Shown here piece by piece: positions 9,080 to 18,218 of a DNA stretch of 64,000 nt. Made by a program: the position numbers and the translations under genes. The notes under the pieces are model-generated. The model saw only the letters and a program-made list of their open reading frames with translations, made no database searches and was not told the origin of the DNA. The DNA is from a virus. Its lineage: Duplodnaviria > Caudoviricetes. Within the stretch, counting starts at the first letter, position 1, and every line of letters begins with the position of its first letter. The stretch lies in IMG/VR virus record IMGVR_UViG_3300042317_001691, positions 14,020 to 78,019 of that record, one strand, 5' to 3'.

Positions 9080-10984
9080 TTATTTTAATGAAAATTGAAG
9101 TTTGTCTTTTCCGTTATGTTGATAACCAAATAGTTTTTGGGTAGTGATGTGCGGCAAGAATGCAACTTCAAAAAATCCCTTATGTGCTGACTGACCCTCT
9201 AAAAATAATAAATTGTCGCACATTGGACTATACTGCACACATTTATGAACCGCTGGATTGTCTCTAATTAGATCAAAGAATTTAGGATCTGTAAAAATGT
9301 ACAGATTGTATTCTGGATATAATTGTTTTAAATTCTCAAGAAGAGCATTGACTAAAAAGACATCTCCGCCAGATTGAGGAATGACTACTGCCATTCTCTT
9401 GCCCGCGTCGTCTTTATCCAAAAGATCTTCAAAGTCAATTGTTTTTGGTTTATTTAATTTTTGTTTGGCTTGTTCGATTATGTGATTAAAAACCTGTTCT
9501 TTTGAAATTCCAAATTTTAATTGATTGCATAAGTCAATGCAACTGGCGTGATTTTTATCAATCTTTTCATTTAAAATATTTTCGTAAAGATCAATAATAA
9601 ACTCTTCATTGTCTTGAATTTGTGGAAACTTATAATTTGGATTAACTTGTTTTTCCTCAAAAGTTAAATTGGAATAATCAATTTCTGGCATTTCGTCAAA
9701 AATTTTCTCAAGCTTTGAACCGATTGATTCTACTGAAAAGTTTTCTATTGTCCAATCTCTTGCGAGTTTGCCAAGTTTTGCTCTTTTATCTGGATGTAGG
9801 AAAAATACGTCAGTTAATTTTTCACAAATGCTCTTGGGCAAAGTGGACGCTTTAATAAATTGGGTTCCAGGTTCTCTGTACTCAACCCACTCTAATGGCA
9901 TTCCACCGCTTTCTAAAGTACAAGTATCTTCGCCACAAGAGTAATTTGTAACCAATGTAATTAGCTCTGCTAATTTAGCTTCTTGAATTGGAATCTCTTG
10001 TCCTCCACTAGTGAAGGGATGGCAATAAACATCCATTAAATTATAAATTTCATTTAACTGCTTGTCTGAGACTCCAGCTCCAACATTTGTTGTTATTTGG
10101 CTATTTGAAGTTCCACAGAACTTACAAGGAATATTTTGCTTTGTAAAGGGCTTGACTTCATATTCAGAACAAGCGTGGCAAAAATAAGTGGTATATACTA
10201 ATTCATTTGGTATGCCCTTTTCTCTCAAAAGTCTTGGAATGTCCCAACCTTCGGACCAATGCGTGTGAAGCAATAATTTTGCATTAGCTTGTGGAGTTTG
10301 AATTCTAAACTCATTAAATCCATCCAATAGATTTGGAACAGATTTTCTTAATTGATTTCTAAAAACGAAACCAGTCACAAATGAATCTGTCAAATTAAAT
10401 TTTTCTTTTAATTTTTGTTTCTCTGAAGCTTCTAGCTTAAAAAATTTAGAAGTATCCAAGCATCCACGCAAAGTCTTAACGTGATCATAGCCTAGCTGCT
10501 TCATTGCTTTTTCAGCAAAAGAAGCCCATACATAATAATTTTTAATTTTGGGCGCGGCATTAATTGCATCTGGTAAGATGGGCAAACTGTCAAGAGTTGT
10601 CCAAATCATCGAATTAATTTTGTCCCACCAAGGCTTGTCCCAATATCCTAAAAAGCCCCAAATATCTTCTGTTCCAACATAAATATCTGGTTTTTCCAAA
10701 TTAATGAGTTCGTCAATCATTCCAGCTCCATAACCAAGAGATCTTTCAATGTTTGGGTCTTGAGCTTTAAGCCTTTCAGCTTTTTCGTGCGGGGGAAAAG
10801 TACCATAACTTTTCCAAGGCTGTCTTTTTGTTTCTTCTGACTGAAAGGGAATTCCATTCGCAGCTTCAACAATGTCGTACTTGCCAGTCTGAAATAGATA
10901 TCTTAGAATATTTTTTGTATTCTTTCCAAATCCAGTAAAAGCTCTGGAATAATTTGAATGAAATAAAATTTTCTTTTTCTTCAT
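9080..10984 (-). CDS. GT4-like glycosyltransferase with a CxxC/CxxC insert, fused to a C-terminal GT9 N-terminal half
   Basis: ILFHSNY...TGFG; FVFRNQLRKS; YNLMDVYCHPFTSGGQEIPIQEAK (GT-B ExE7 motif); C-terminal GGDVFLVNALLENLKQLYP. Confidence 0.85.
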   Translation of the reverse strand: MKKKKILFHSNYSRAFTGFGKNTKNILRYLFQTGKYDIVEAANGIPFQSEETKRQPWKSYGTFPPHEKAERLKAQDPNIERSLGYGAGMIDELINLEKPDIYVGTEDIWGFLGYWDKPWWDKINSMIWTTLDSLPILPDAINAAPKIKNYYVWASFAEKAMKQLGYDHVKTLRGCLDTSKFFKLEASEKQKLKEKFNLTDSFVTGFVFRNQLRKSVPNLLDGFNEFRIQTPQANAKLLLHTHWSEGWDIPRLLREKGIPNELVYTTYFCHACSEYEVKPFTKQNIPCKFCGTSNSQITTNVGAGVSDKQLNEIYNLMDVYCHPFTSGGQEIPIQEAKLAELITLVTNYSCGEDTCTLESGGMPLEWVEYREPGTQFIKASTLPKSICEKLTDVFFLHPDKRAKLGKLARDWTIENFSVESIGSKLEKIFDEMPEIDYSNLTFEEKQVNPNYKFPQIQDNEEFIIDLYENILNEKIDKNHASCIDLCNQLKFGISKEQVFNHIIEQAKQKLNKPKTIDFEDLLDKDDAGKRMAVVIPQSGGDVFLVNALLENLKQLYPEYNLYIFTDPKFFDLIRDNPAVHKCVQYSPMCDNLLFLEGQSAHKGFFEVAFLPHITTQKLFGYQHNGKDKLQFSLK

Positions 10985-10985
10985 T

Positions 10986-11447
10986 TTAGTTTGTAGATTT
11001 TTCTACAGAGAAAATTTGAGATAAGCAAAATTTAATAAATTCAGATAAAGCTTCAGCTTCGGCTAGTTCAATTCCAATGCCAAATTTTTGATTTCCATTT
11101 CTTGAGATTGAAAAGGAGAATGCCTCAGATCCATCTTTCTTGCTGTATGGTTTAAAAGAAATTTGTGTTTTATTTTCTTCGAAAGAGTGAAAAGCGGAAA
11201 ATTCTGTATAAACTCTGATTGCTCGCAGCAAACCTCCTAATTCATTTACGTTTAGTTTAATGTTAGCCGTCTTTTCTGGATTTTTTGCATTTTCGGAGAA
11301 AGATCCAGTTTTTGTATTTTCGTTCCAAGAGCCCTGCTGGATTGCGCTAACGTATACGGCCTTTTCCCCGTTTTTACCTTGTCCCAATTTGAATTGAAAA
11401 GCGCATCCAGTTACCTTTGGATTAGGTTTATATAGACTAAAATTCAT
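10986..11447 (-). CDS. Putative Whirly/PC4-fold ssDNA-binding protein
   Basis: Two beta4-alpha repeats: IKLNVNELGGL...SAFHS and IGIELAEAEALSEFIKFCL parallel plant Whirly FSLSVTEIG...EFFHD and IPITRAEFAVL...F. Confidence 0.45.
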   Translation of the reverse strand: MNFSLYKPNPKVTGCAFQFKLGQGKNGEKAVYVSAIQQGSWNENTKTGSFSENAKNPEKTANIKLNVNELGGLLRAIRVYTEFSAFHSFEENKTQISFKPYSKKDGSEAFSFSISRNGNQKFGIGIELAEAEALSEFIKFCLSQIFSVEKSTN

Positions 11448-11483
11448 ACTAGATTATAATTAAATACTACTGTCTTTCTAAAA

Positions 11484-11489
11484 GTGTAA
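11484..11489 (+). promoter_or_regulatory. GTGTAA candidate late-promoter motif
   Basis: 11 nt upstream of the ATG at 11501; the same hexamer precedes several other gene starts. Confidence 0.5.
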
Positions 11490-11500
11490 GAAATAAATAT

Positions 11501-11746
11501 ATGGCGGAAAATTATATAAATTCAGTAAAAATTTTTGGATATACTGGAAATTTAACGGGAACCGTGCAATGCATACCAGGTGCCTCATTTTTACATGGCG
11601 TTTACAATGCAGCGAATAACGCTGCCGCAAGCGTTAAAGTAGATTCGTACAGTATATATATAAGTGCAGGAAGAGTCGAATTTCCAGTGCCAGTGTCGTT
11701 CCAATGTTTTTCTGGCGGTTTACCATATACATTAATTTATAGTTAA
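11501..11746 (+). CDS. Small beta-rich protein, probable virion component; paralog of the next gene
   Basis: Shares SFLHxVY...V...D...FxVPV...T.IY with 11748..11987. Confidence 0.6.
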   Translation: MAENYINSVKIFGYTGNLTGTVQCIPGASFLHGVYNAANNAAASVKVDSYSIYISAGRVEFPVPVSFQCFSGGLPYTLIYS

Positions 11747-11747
11747 A

Positions 11748-11987
11748 ATGCATAAAACTTATTTAAAAACATCAAAAAGTTTATCTTTGGTTGGCGGAGC
11801 GGCTTCAGTTACTTTGCCAAATGGTAGTTTTTTGCACGCTGTTTACGCCTCTGGAAATACAAATAGTTTAGTTACGTTGGATGATAAATTTATCTTTTTT
11901 GGGAGTGCCCAGCCAATTCAATTCACAGTCCCTGTTCCAGTTTCATTGATAAAATCAAGTTCGAATGTAACTATTATTTATACTTAA
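11748..11987 (+). CDS. Small beta-rich protein, probable virion component; paralog of the previous gene
   Basis: See previous feature; translationally coupled (TAA-A-ATG). Confidence 0.6.
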   Translation: MHKTYLKTSKSLSLVGGAASVTLPNGSFLHAVYASGNTNSLVTLDDKFIFFGSAQPIQFTVPVPVSLIKSSSNVTIIYT

Positions 11988-11988
11988 G

Positions 11989-12468
11989 ATGCCAAATCCC
12001 GTTTACAAATCATCAGACGTTTATCACGGAAAAGCTAATCCGCAGTTCTCCTATATTTACGATGGAGATACGGCGGAATGGCGACCAATGACGCCTGCCG
12101 ATTTGGCTGGGCTAGGCGACAGTTCATTATTAAAACCTCCAACCAGTTCTGGTTATAGAAACATTAACTTATCTGGAGATCCTCAAGTCGTAAGTCAAAC
12201 AGCTACGAAATTAGTGGGTTTCTTTTTTGATAATAGTTTTAATGATGAACCATTATTTATTCAATTTTATAGTTACCCTTATAATCCAGCTAGTCCGATT
12301 TTGACATATCCAATATATGCCAACTCTGCTCTTGATCAAATGTTTCCATATTCAATTCAACAATTTGAAGGAATTGTTGTAAAGGTATCAGAAGATAGAG
12401 AGGGAATTTATCCTTGGGGCGGCAACGGCGGAACTGGCTTAATGACCAATGTTTATTATCGAGCGTAA
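11989..12468 (+). CDS. Hypothetical beta-sandwich virion protein
   Basis: Coupled ORF in the same operon; alternating hydrophobic strands ending NVYYRA. Confidence 0.55.
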   Translation: MPNPVYKSSDVYHGKANPQFSYIYDGDTAEWRPMTPADLAGLGDSSLLKPPTSSGYRNINLSGDPQVVSQTATKLVGFFFDNSFNDEPLFIQFYSYPYNPASPILTYPIYANSALDQMFPYSIQQFEGIVVKVSEDREGIYPWGGNGGTGLMTNVYYRA

Positions 12469-12470
12469 AT

Positions 12471-13175
12471 ATGGGTCTATACAAAAGAATATCTAGAGTA
12501 AACTTAACAGGATTCCCTGTTTTTGGCATAAATCCACATGCACAAAACAGCGGAGAAATGATTTTATCAAATAGTTATTACCCTTCTGGGGCGACACAAT
12601 TTTCTTATTTTGTTTGTTCTAGAGATACTGAGGGGGTTGATTTTAACGGAAATCAAGGGTGCTGTATTGGATGCTTTGACATTAAATTGCGAAAAAATTA
12701 TACAAATCAAGCTTGGTTAATTAAAAGCTCTTTAATTGGAATAGGCCAACATTGGAATGGAAATACAGATCAACATTACTCGGTAGATTCTTCCATGTTC
12801 GTTTATTCAGATTTTGAAAATACTTATAACGTAAGCGGTCCATTTACCACTACTTACAGCAAAAGCCAACTTTCTTTTTCTGTTGACGCTCAAACGGGAG
12901 TTAGTGGAGTAATATTTAGAGTTCATGATTCTCCCGTGACTAAAATGAAATGGACAAATAAAATTGAAGTTGTTCAATCAATATATGAAGAAGAAATTAA
13001 TTTATTGACTACACAACAGCAAATAGAAAATTTTCTTTCAACAGCCATAAGTCCTCAAAGCGCAGCTACAGAAATTCAAGTTTTGAATTTAGAAAATCAA
13101 ATTCCAGAAATAAATGCAAGCGAAGACCCTGGAACAGATCCAGTTGATATATTTGATGGAGGCGAAGATGTTTAA
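12471..13175 (+). CDS. Hypothetical virion/tail-associated protein with acidic C-terminus (probable ATG at 12471)
   Basis: ATG 2 nt after the upstream stop; TG/SG-rich beta protein. Confidence 0.55.
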   Translation: MGLYKRISRVNLTGFPVFGINPHAQNSGEMILSNSYYPSGATQFSYFVCSRDTEGVDFNGNQGCCIGCFDIKLRKNYTNQAWLIKSSLIGIGQHWNGNTDQHYSVDSSMFVYSDFENTYNVSGPFTTTYSKSQLSFSVDAQTGVSGVIFRVHDSPVTKMKWTNKIEVVQSIYEEEINLLTTQQQIENFLSTAISPQSAATEIQVLNLENQIPEINASEDPGTDPVDIFDGGEDV

Positions 13176-13204
13176 TTTTTTATTTTTAATTTTATAATAT
13201 AGAT

Positions 13205-13450
13205 ATGCAATTCGAACTTCAATCTCCTAAAACTATTACCATCCGTCCAGCAGAAACTGTTGAACTTTCTACAGTTTCTATCGAAAGAGTTCTAGACGAT
13301 CCAGTCCATCAAAAAGTTATTGTTTGGCTACGTGGACTTCAGCATCCTGTAGAATTGGGCTCGCTATCTGGTGAAAATTACGATAATCCTCAGTGGACAA
13401 ATGAAAGCTTACTTCAAGCTGTAACAGATTTCGTTTCAACTTTGTCTTAA
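13205..13450 (+). CDS. Hypothetical protein
   Basis: 81-aa ORF with TATAAT (13193-13198) 6 nt upstream and a terminator downstream. Confidence 0.65.
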   Translation: MQFELQSPKTITIRPAETVELSTVSIERVLDDPVHQKVIVWLRGLQHPVELGSLSGENYDNPQWTNESLLQAVTDFVSTLS

Positions 13451-13471
13451 AAGTATTTAAAATAGAAAACG

Positions 13472-13503
13472 AAAAAGCCCCGCAAAAGCGGGGCTTTTTT
13501 TTT
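13472..13503. terminator. Bidirectional rho-independent terminator
   Basis: AAAAA-GCCCCGC-AAAA-GCGGGGC-TTTTTTTTT between convergent genes. Confidence 0.9.
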
Positions 13504-13517
13504 GTTTGAAATGCCTA

Positions 13518-14390
13518 TTAAAAGTTCTTAATGATCTCGTTAAGATCAAAAACGTCTGCAGAACTATATGGGTAATCATGAACTCTATGTCCAGAAAAAT
13601 CATGTTCTTCAATATACCCTTCAATAGAAACTTGCTTCAGTACCTTTAATTTTGAGTCTGGATTTACGTTTTTATTATTTTTATATCCAAAAACTACGGG
13701 TTTATTTGTAATCCAACAGACGGTGCTTGTTTGGTTAAATGCGGCAGCGGCGTGCTGCATAAAACTATCAATTCCTAGTCTAGCTTGCGAGCTTTGAATT
13801 AATCCAAACAAATCCCTAAATGGTGCATGTATGTGTTGTACGTTTTGAAGCTTAATCTGATCTTCTCTACAAAATTGCAAAATATGATATTTTTGACCTA
13901 ATACGTTAACGATGGCTTGAGCTTGATGTGGGGGAATGTCGCGATTCCAACTATATTGAACGTCCTTGCTGCCTCCGCCAAAAGGCTGAAAGATTAAAGT
14001 TGGTTTACCAGTTGGAGATTGAAATCTTGTTTTATTGATCTCTACTGGATTTAAATAAAGTTCTGGCTTTGGACCATCGTATTTAATGCCCAAAACTTCG
14101 CACCAAGCTTCAGTTAAATGCATATTTTTCTTTAAGTATCCTTTGGCGAGATAAGGTTCATCGCACATAAAGATTGTATCGCCTCCTTTTACAAAATCTT
14201 CGTAAAAATAAGGGGCCATTCCAACCCTATAAAATCTATGCACATTAGGATTTCCAATAAAAACTTCTGGATATCCAGAAACAACAATTAAATTATAATC
14301 TGGAAAAGATTTTTTTATAGCTCTGCATACTGCGGTGGCCATAATAGATTTTCCAATTCCGCCATTGATTTGAAAAATAATGTTCTTCAT
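13518..14390 (-). CDS. Glycosyltransferase family 9-like (heptosyltransferase fold), full length
   Basis: GGIGKSIMATAVCRAIKKSFPD N-terminal half; LIFQPFGG...; ARLGIDSFMQHAAAAF C-terminal half. Confidence 0.8.
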   Translation of the reverse strand: MKNIIFQINGGIGKSIMATAVCRAIKKSFPDYNLIVVSGYPEVFIGNPNVHRFYRVGMAPYFYEDFVKGGDTIFMCDEPYLAKGYLKKNMHLTEAWCEVLGIKYDGPKPELYLNPVEINKTRFQSPTGKPTLIFQPFGGGSKDVQYSWNRDIPPHQAQAIVNVLGQKYHILQFCREDQIKLQNVQHIHAPFRDLFGLIQSSQARLGIDSFMQHAAAAFNQTSTVCWITNKPVVFGYKNNKNVNPDSKLKVLKQVSIEGYIEEHDFSGHRVHDYPYSSADVFDLNEIIKNF

Positions 14391-14444
14391 TTATGAATTA
14401 TAAATTAAATAGTGTAAAAATACACAGAGAACAAGGAAAAAGGA

Positions 14445-16388
14445 ATGAGTATTTTAATTCTATCCAATACGAGCGGACAAATAGATTTTACATTAAAGGA
14501 AGGTTTTACTAGATTAACTGGTGGATTTGTGGGTCCAACTGAATTAGTTGATGGTTTCACTGTTCAAGATGGAAATCAACAAACTGGAATCTATGTAGGC
14601 AATTCTTGCATTCAATTATGTAAAAATACAATTGATTTTAAAGAGGTTGCAAATGTAAATTTATTAGTTCCAAATACAAGATGTTTTTCTGTTTCTGGTA
14701 ATGGTAGTAATTTTTTATTTAATGAAGAGGGCACAGTTTCTTTTGGGTCTGGAATAGATACTAATTATAAAGGTGTTCAATCTTATTCGACTAATCCTTC
14801 TTTAGTTCTTAGGAATACAAATTCAACTTGTAACCAAGCAGTAAGATTTTTAAATAATGCTGGAATAGAATCCTTTTACATATGTCAAAATGATGGTTTG
14901 GGAGTAAGTATATGCGGTAAATGTTTGGAATTGTCAACAAGTAGTGGACCATCTATTTGCTTAAGCGGAGATCACATCAGCTTCAATGCTCCAATAGATA
15001 GTAGTTATAATAATTTGTTTAATGGTTCAACATTTTTAAGTGGTGGGGCTTACCTAAGAGGAAATACAACTGGATCTGGTATTTTTTGTTATTTTAATTC
15101 TGATAGTGCTATAGTGGGATTAAGTATAAATACATGTTCTTATTTTTGCAAAAATGCCGCATTTTCTGGCGGATTATTTGTAACTGGAAATACTTCTTTT
15201 TTGTGTTCTGATAATTATATTTGCTCAAGAACTGGTTATTTTACTTGCTCCTCGGGAAGTGTTTCTAATTATGAAACTTCTTATAATAAAATTTTATGCA
15301 TTAATGATTATGGCTCCATAACTGAAGCAAATGGATTAAATTTTACTGGAAATAAAACTGCATTTTTAAGTGGCATATGCACTAGTGGTGTTTGTATTCC
15401 TACTGGTTATTTTAATTCTACTCTTCCAAATGGCTTGAACATTTCTGGAAATTTAAACTTGACTGGTTCATTAAATATACGTTCGCCTTTAAGTAGTCCA
15501 ACTACAAATCTTATTTCTGGATGTTCATTTCAATTAATTTCAACAAGTACGGCAATAACATGGCCAAATAACATATCTGGTAATTTATCAATTAGTGGTT
15601 GTTTATGTGGCACGGAAACAAGTTATTTTCGTAATTTTTGTTCTTTTGGTAGTACTATTTCTTGTTTTTTAGGGCCAGTTTGTGTTGACAATACTTTTTG
15701 TACAAAGTCAATTTGCGCTGAAAATATAACTGGAAATACTATATCTGGAAATCAGTTAATTTCTGGAAACTGTGGTTATTTTAATTGTTTTCAACAGATA
15801 AAGGGGACCGAGGTCAGTTGTTTTTCTTCTTCTGGATTGAATGTAGGCTTAAGTCAAACTGGAGTAATTAAATCTGCAAATACTTCAAAAGCTTGGGGAG
15901 TTTTAGGAATTTCTGCTGGGGGGGCAACTTTTTGCTGTGGATTTAATTTGAAATCTGCTCAAATTTATGCTCAGAATACAACTTCGACAAGTTTAATATA
16001 TGCACATGGAATTTGTTTTTGTGAACCAATAAAATATCCATTTCTAATTAATTTTAATGTTTATGGACTTACAAGTGCTATAACTGGTGTATCTTCTACT
16101 AATACTGCCTTTGGTTTATCTCCGAGTCCTTTAGGTTTTACTGGTGTAACGACTATAGCTAGTCCTGTTATTGGCGCTGGTACTGGTGTATCTCCCATAA
16201 ATGTTCAACTTTATTCAAATATGGGAAGATGCTCCACTGACTCCAAATTATCTTTATTTCAAAATGGTAGTACCTATTCTGAAATATATTTTAATTTTAC
16301 AAACTGTAAAGGTGGAGCTACTCCATATTCAGATTTAACAAGAGCAAATGCGAGCGGAGTAATTCATTTCAATATTTTAGGATATTAA
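14445..16388 (+). CDS. Tail fibre protein, Cys/Gly/Ser-rich
   Basis: Beta-helix/fibre-like repeats (xSGNLNLTG, ISGN); followed by a fibre-chaperone-like gene. Confidence 0.7.
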   Translation: MSILILSNTSGQIDFTLKEGFTRLTGGFVGPTELVDGFTVQDGNQQTGIYVGNSCIQLCKNTIDFKEVANVNLLVPNTRCFSVSGNGSNFLFNEEGTVSFGSGIDTNYKGVQSYSTNPSLVLRNTNSTCNQAVRFLNNAGIESFYICQNDGLGVSICGKCLELSTSSGPSICLSGDHISFNAPIDSSYNNLFNGSTFLSGGAYLRGNTTGSGIFCYFNSDSAIVGLSINTCSYFCKNAAFSGGLFVTGNTSFLCSDNYICSRTGYFTCSSGSVSNYETSYNKILCINDYGSITEANGLNFTGNKTAFLSGICTSGVCIPTGYFNSTLPNGLNISGNLNLTGSLNIRSPLSSPTTNLISGCSFQLISTSTAITWPNNISGNLSISGCLCGTETSYFRNFCSFGSTISCFLGPVCVDNTFCTKSICAENITGNTISGNQLISGNCGYFNCFQQIKGTEVSCFSSSGLNVGLSQTGVIKSANTSKAWGVLGISAGGATFCCGFNLKSAQIYAQNTTSTSLIYAHGICFCEPIKYPFLINFNVYGLTSAITGVSSTNTAFGLSPSPLGFTGVTTIASPVIGAGTGVSPINVQLYSNMGRCSTDSKLSLFQNGSTYSEIYFNFTNCKGGATPYSDLTRANASGVIHFNILGY

Positions 16389-16389
16389 T

Positions 16390-16824
16390 ATGTATCAATT
16401 AATTTTATTAAAAGACGGTTTGTTGCAAATTTCAAATTTTAAAAGTCAAGCTGAAGCTTATTCATATGTATCTTCGGCTGCGCCAAATAAGTATAAAATA
16501 TATCCACCAAACAAGAATAGAAAATTAGACGTAATTAATTCTTACTATTGGGACGAATCAAAACAAGATTTTGTAATTAATATTTCTATTGCAAAAGAAA
16601 TTAGAAAAAATCTATTCAGAGAAATAAGATCTATTCTTTTTGAAAAATTAGATAAGGCATTTTTAAAAGCTTTAGAGCAAGATGACGCTGAAAGAAAAAA
16701 TTATATTGTAAATTTAAAAAATCAATTTAGAGACATAACTGATTTAGATTTGCCAGATACGGAAGAAGAATTAATTAATTTTGTTCCTGCTGTTTTTAAA
16801 GAAGTTTACGATTTAGTTATCTAA
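16390..16824 (+). CDS. Tail fibre assembly chaperone-like protein
   Basis: Helical AKEIRKNLFREIRSILFEKLDKAFLKALE...KNQFRDITDL pattern typical of fibre assembly proteins; immediately after the fibre gene. Confidence 0.65.
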   Translation: MYQLILLKDGLLQISNFKSQAEAYSYVSSAAPNKYKIYPPNKNRKLDVINSYYWDESKQDFVINISIAKEIRKNLFREIRSILFEKLDKAFLKALEQDDAERKNYIVNLKNQFRDITDLDLPDTEEELINFVPAVFKEVYDLVI

Positions 16825-17898
16825 AATTAATTGAGAAAACGTCCTAACAAATAAATCTTTATTCCTGTCAAACACAGGTATTCCAGCAAATTTATAAAAA
16901 TGCTTTGAAAAATTTGTTGCTAATTTTGCCATCTTTGACGTTCTTTGTTTATTCAAAATAATAACTTCTTTCACGTACTCTTTAATCAAATCTAAGAATT
17001 TTTTTCTTATCCAAATTTTTTTGCAAATCTTATATTCTTCGATAAAGCTTCCTGCCATTAGTCTATTTTCTACTAATTTGGAATCTTTCATTCTCCTTGA
17101 AAGAAAATCATGCTCCTTTAAACCCGTCATTTGCAATTCAAAAATTATATTTACCAAATCAAATAAAGGGCTTCCCAAAAAACAGTTTTCAAAATTAATA
17201 AATTTAAATTTTGATAAGTTGTTGATAATGGTGCTACTATTTAGGTTGCCATGAACAAATCTTTTTGATGTTATCTTTTTTTCATTATCGTTAAAAATAC
17301 TTAACATTTCTGAAAATGTTTCAGTATATATTTCTTTAATAAATTTAAATACTTCCTCTTCTCCACTATCTACATAAGATATAATCTTGTCAAAATTAAT
17401 ATTTTGATATTCTAAAAAAGATTTTGTGTCATCTAGGTATTCGTGCACTTCTTCTGGTGGTGTATAACTGTGAAGTATTGATAATTTGTTATTAAAGTCT
17501 TTAAAGTATTCATCTAGAATTGCTGAATTTCCAATTGAATTTAAATTATCAGAGTATTCGTAAGACTGCAGTGTATAGAAAATTTTTTGTCCATATGGAA
17601 TTTCATTTCTGTCAATTACTTGTGGAGCTAATTGCAATTCTTCTATTCCTTTAAGCACCATATGTTCATAATATATTGGAATAGGATCAAAGGACATTTT
17701 TAAACAAATTCCAAGATCGTCCGCTTCAATAAAAAAAGAATCATAATCATCATTTTCATCAATAAGTTTAACGGTTTGCAAATTTTCCTCGCCATGTCTT
17801 TTCATTATTAATTTAATGAGTTCCATTTGAGATTCTGGAACAAAATCCGCTCTTGGTATTAAAAAACATCTTTCTTTTAAGGAGTCCAATATGTTCAT
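16813..17898 (-). CDS. Aminoglycoside phosphotransferase/choline kinase-fold protein, probable pseudokinase
   Basis: FVHGNLNSSTI and FKFINFENCFLGSPLFDL align to HGDLxxxNI and IDFExxxxGxPxxDL, with the catalytic Asp residues replaced by Asn. Confidence 0.7.
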   Translation of the reverse strand: MNILDSLKERCFLIPRADFVPESQMELIKLIMKRHGEENLQTVKLIDENDDYDSFFIEADDLGICLKMSFDPIPIYYEHMVLKGIEELQLAPQVIDRNEIPYGQKIFYTLQSYEYSDNLNSIGNSAILDEYFKDFNNKLSILHSYTPPEEVHEYLDDTKSFLEYQNINFDKIISYVDSGEEEVFKFIKEIYTETFSEMLSIFNDNEKKITSKRFVHGNLNSSTIINNLSKFKFINFENCFLGSPLFDLVNIIFELQMTGLKEHDFLSRRMKDSKLVENRLMAGSFIEEYKICKKIWIRKKFLDLIKEYVKEVIILNKQRTSKMAKLATNFSKHFYKFAGIPVFDRNKDLFVRTFSQLILDN

Positions 17899-17921
17899 AT
17901 ATTATATTACATTGTAAAGCG

Positions 17922-17953
17922 AAAAACCCCACCAAGTTTCCTTGGTGGGGTTT
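17922..17953 (-). terminator. Rho-independent terminator
   Basis: Minus strand AAACCCCACCAAG-GAAA-CTTGGTGGGGTTTTT downstream of the small gene 17975..18211. Confidence 0.9.
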
Positions 17954-17974
17954 GGAGTTTGATTGAATTAAATA

Positions 17975-18211
17975 TTAAACAGTTGCTCCAACAACTTGGG
18001 TCTTTAAGATCCTTCGATTTCGAACATTATTACGATCATATACCATAAGATATCGATCTGATTGGCTGCGATACTGAGCATTAATTCGCTCGCCACTTGA
18101 GAGATATAGGCCGAAGAATCGACCCTTGGTATTTGGAAGACGATCAAACAACGAAGACGTTGTTCTCGTAAGCCTGCTTGTGGTTTTTGCGGTAACTTTA
18201 GTAGTACTCAT
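17975..18211 (-). CDS. Small basic protein (possible SH3/Sm-like barrel) in its own transcription unit
   Basis: ATG at 18211 lies 7 nt after a -10 box; Arg/Thr-rich; visibly higher GC than its neighbours. Confidence 0.65.
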   Translation of the reverse strand: MSTTKVTAKTTSRLTRTTSSLFDRLPNTKGRFFGLYLSSGERINAQYRSQSDRYLMVYDRNNVRNRRILKTQVVGATV

Positions 18212-18218
18212 ATGTGTG

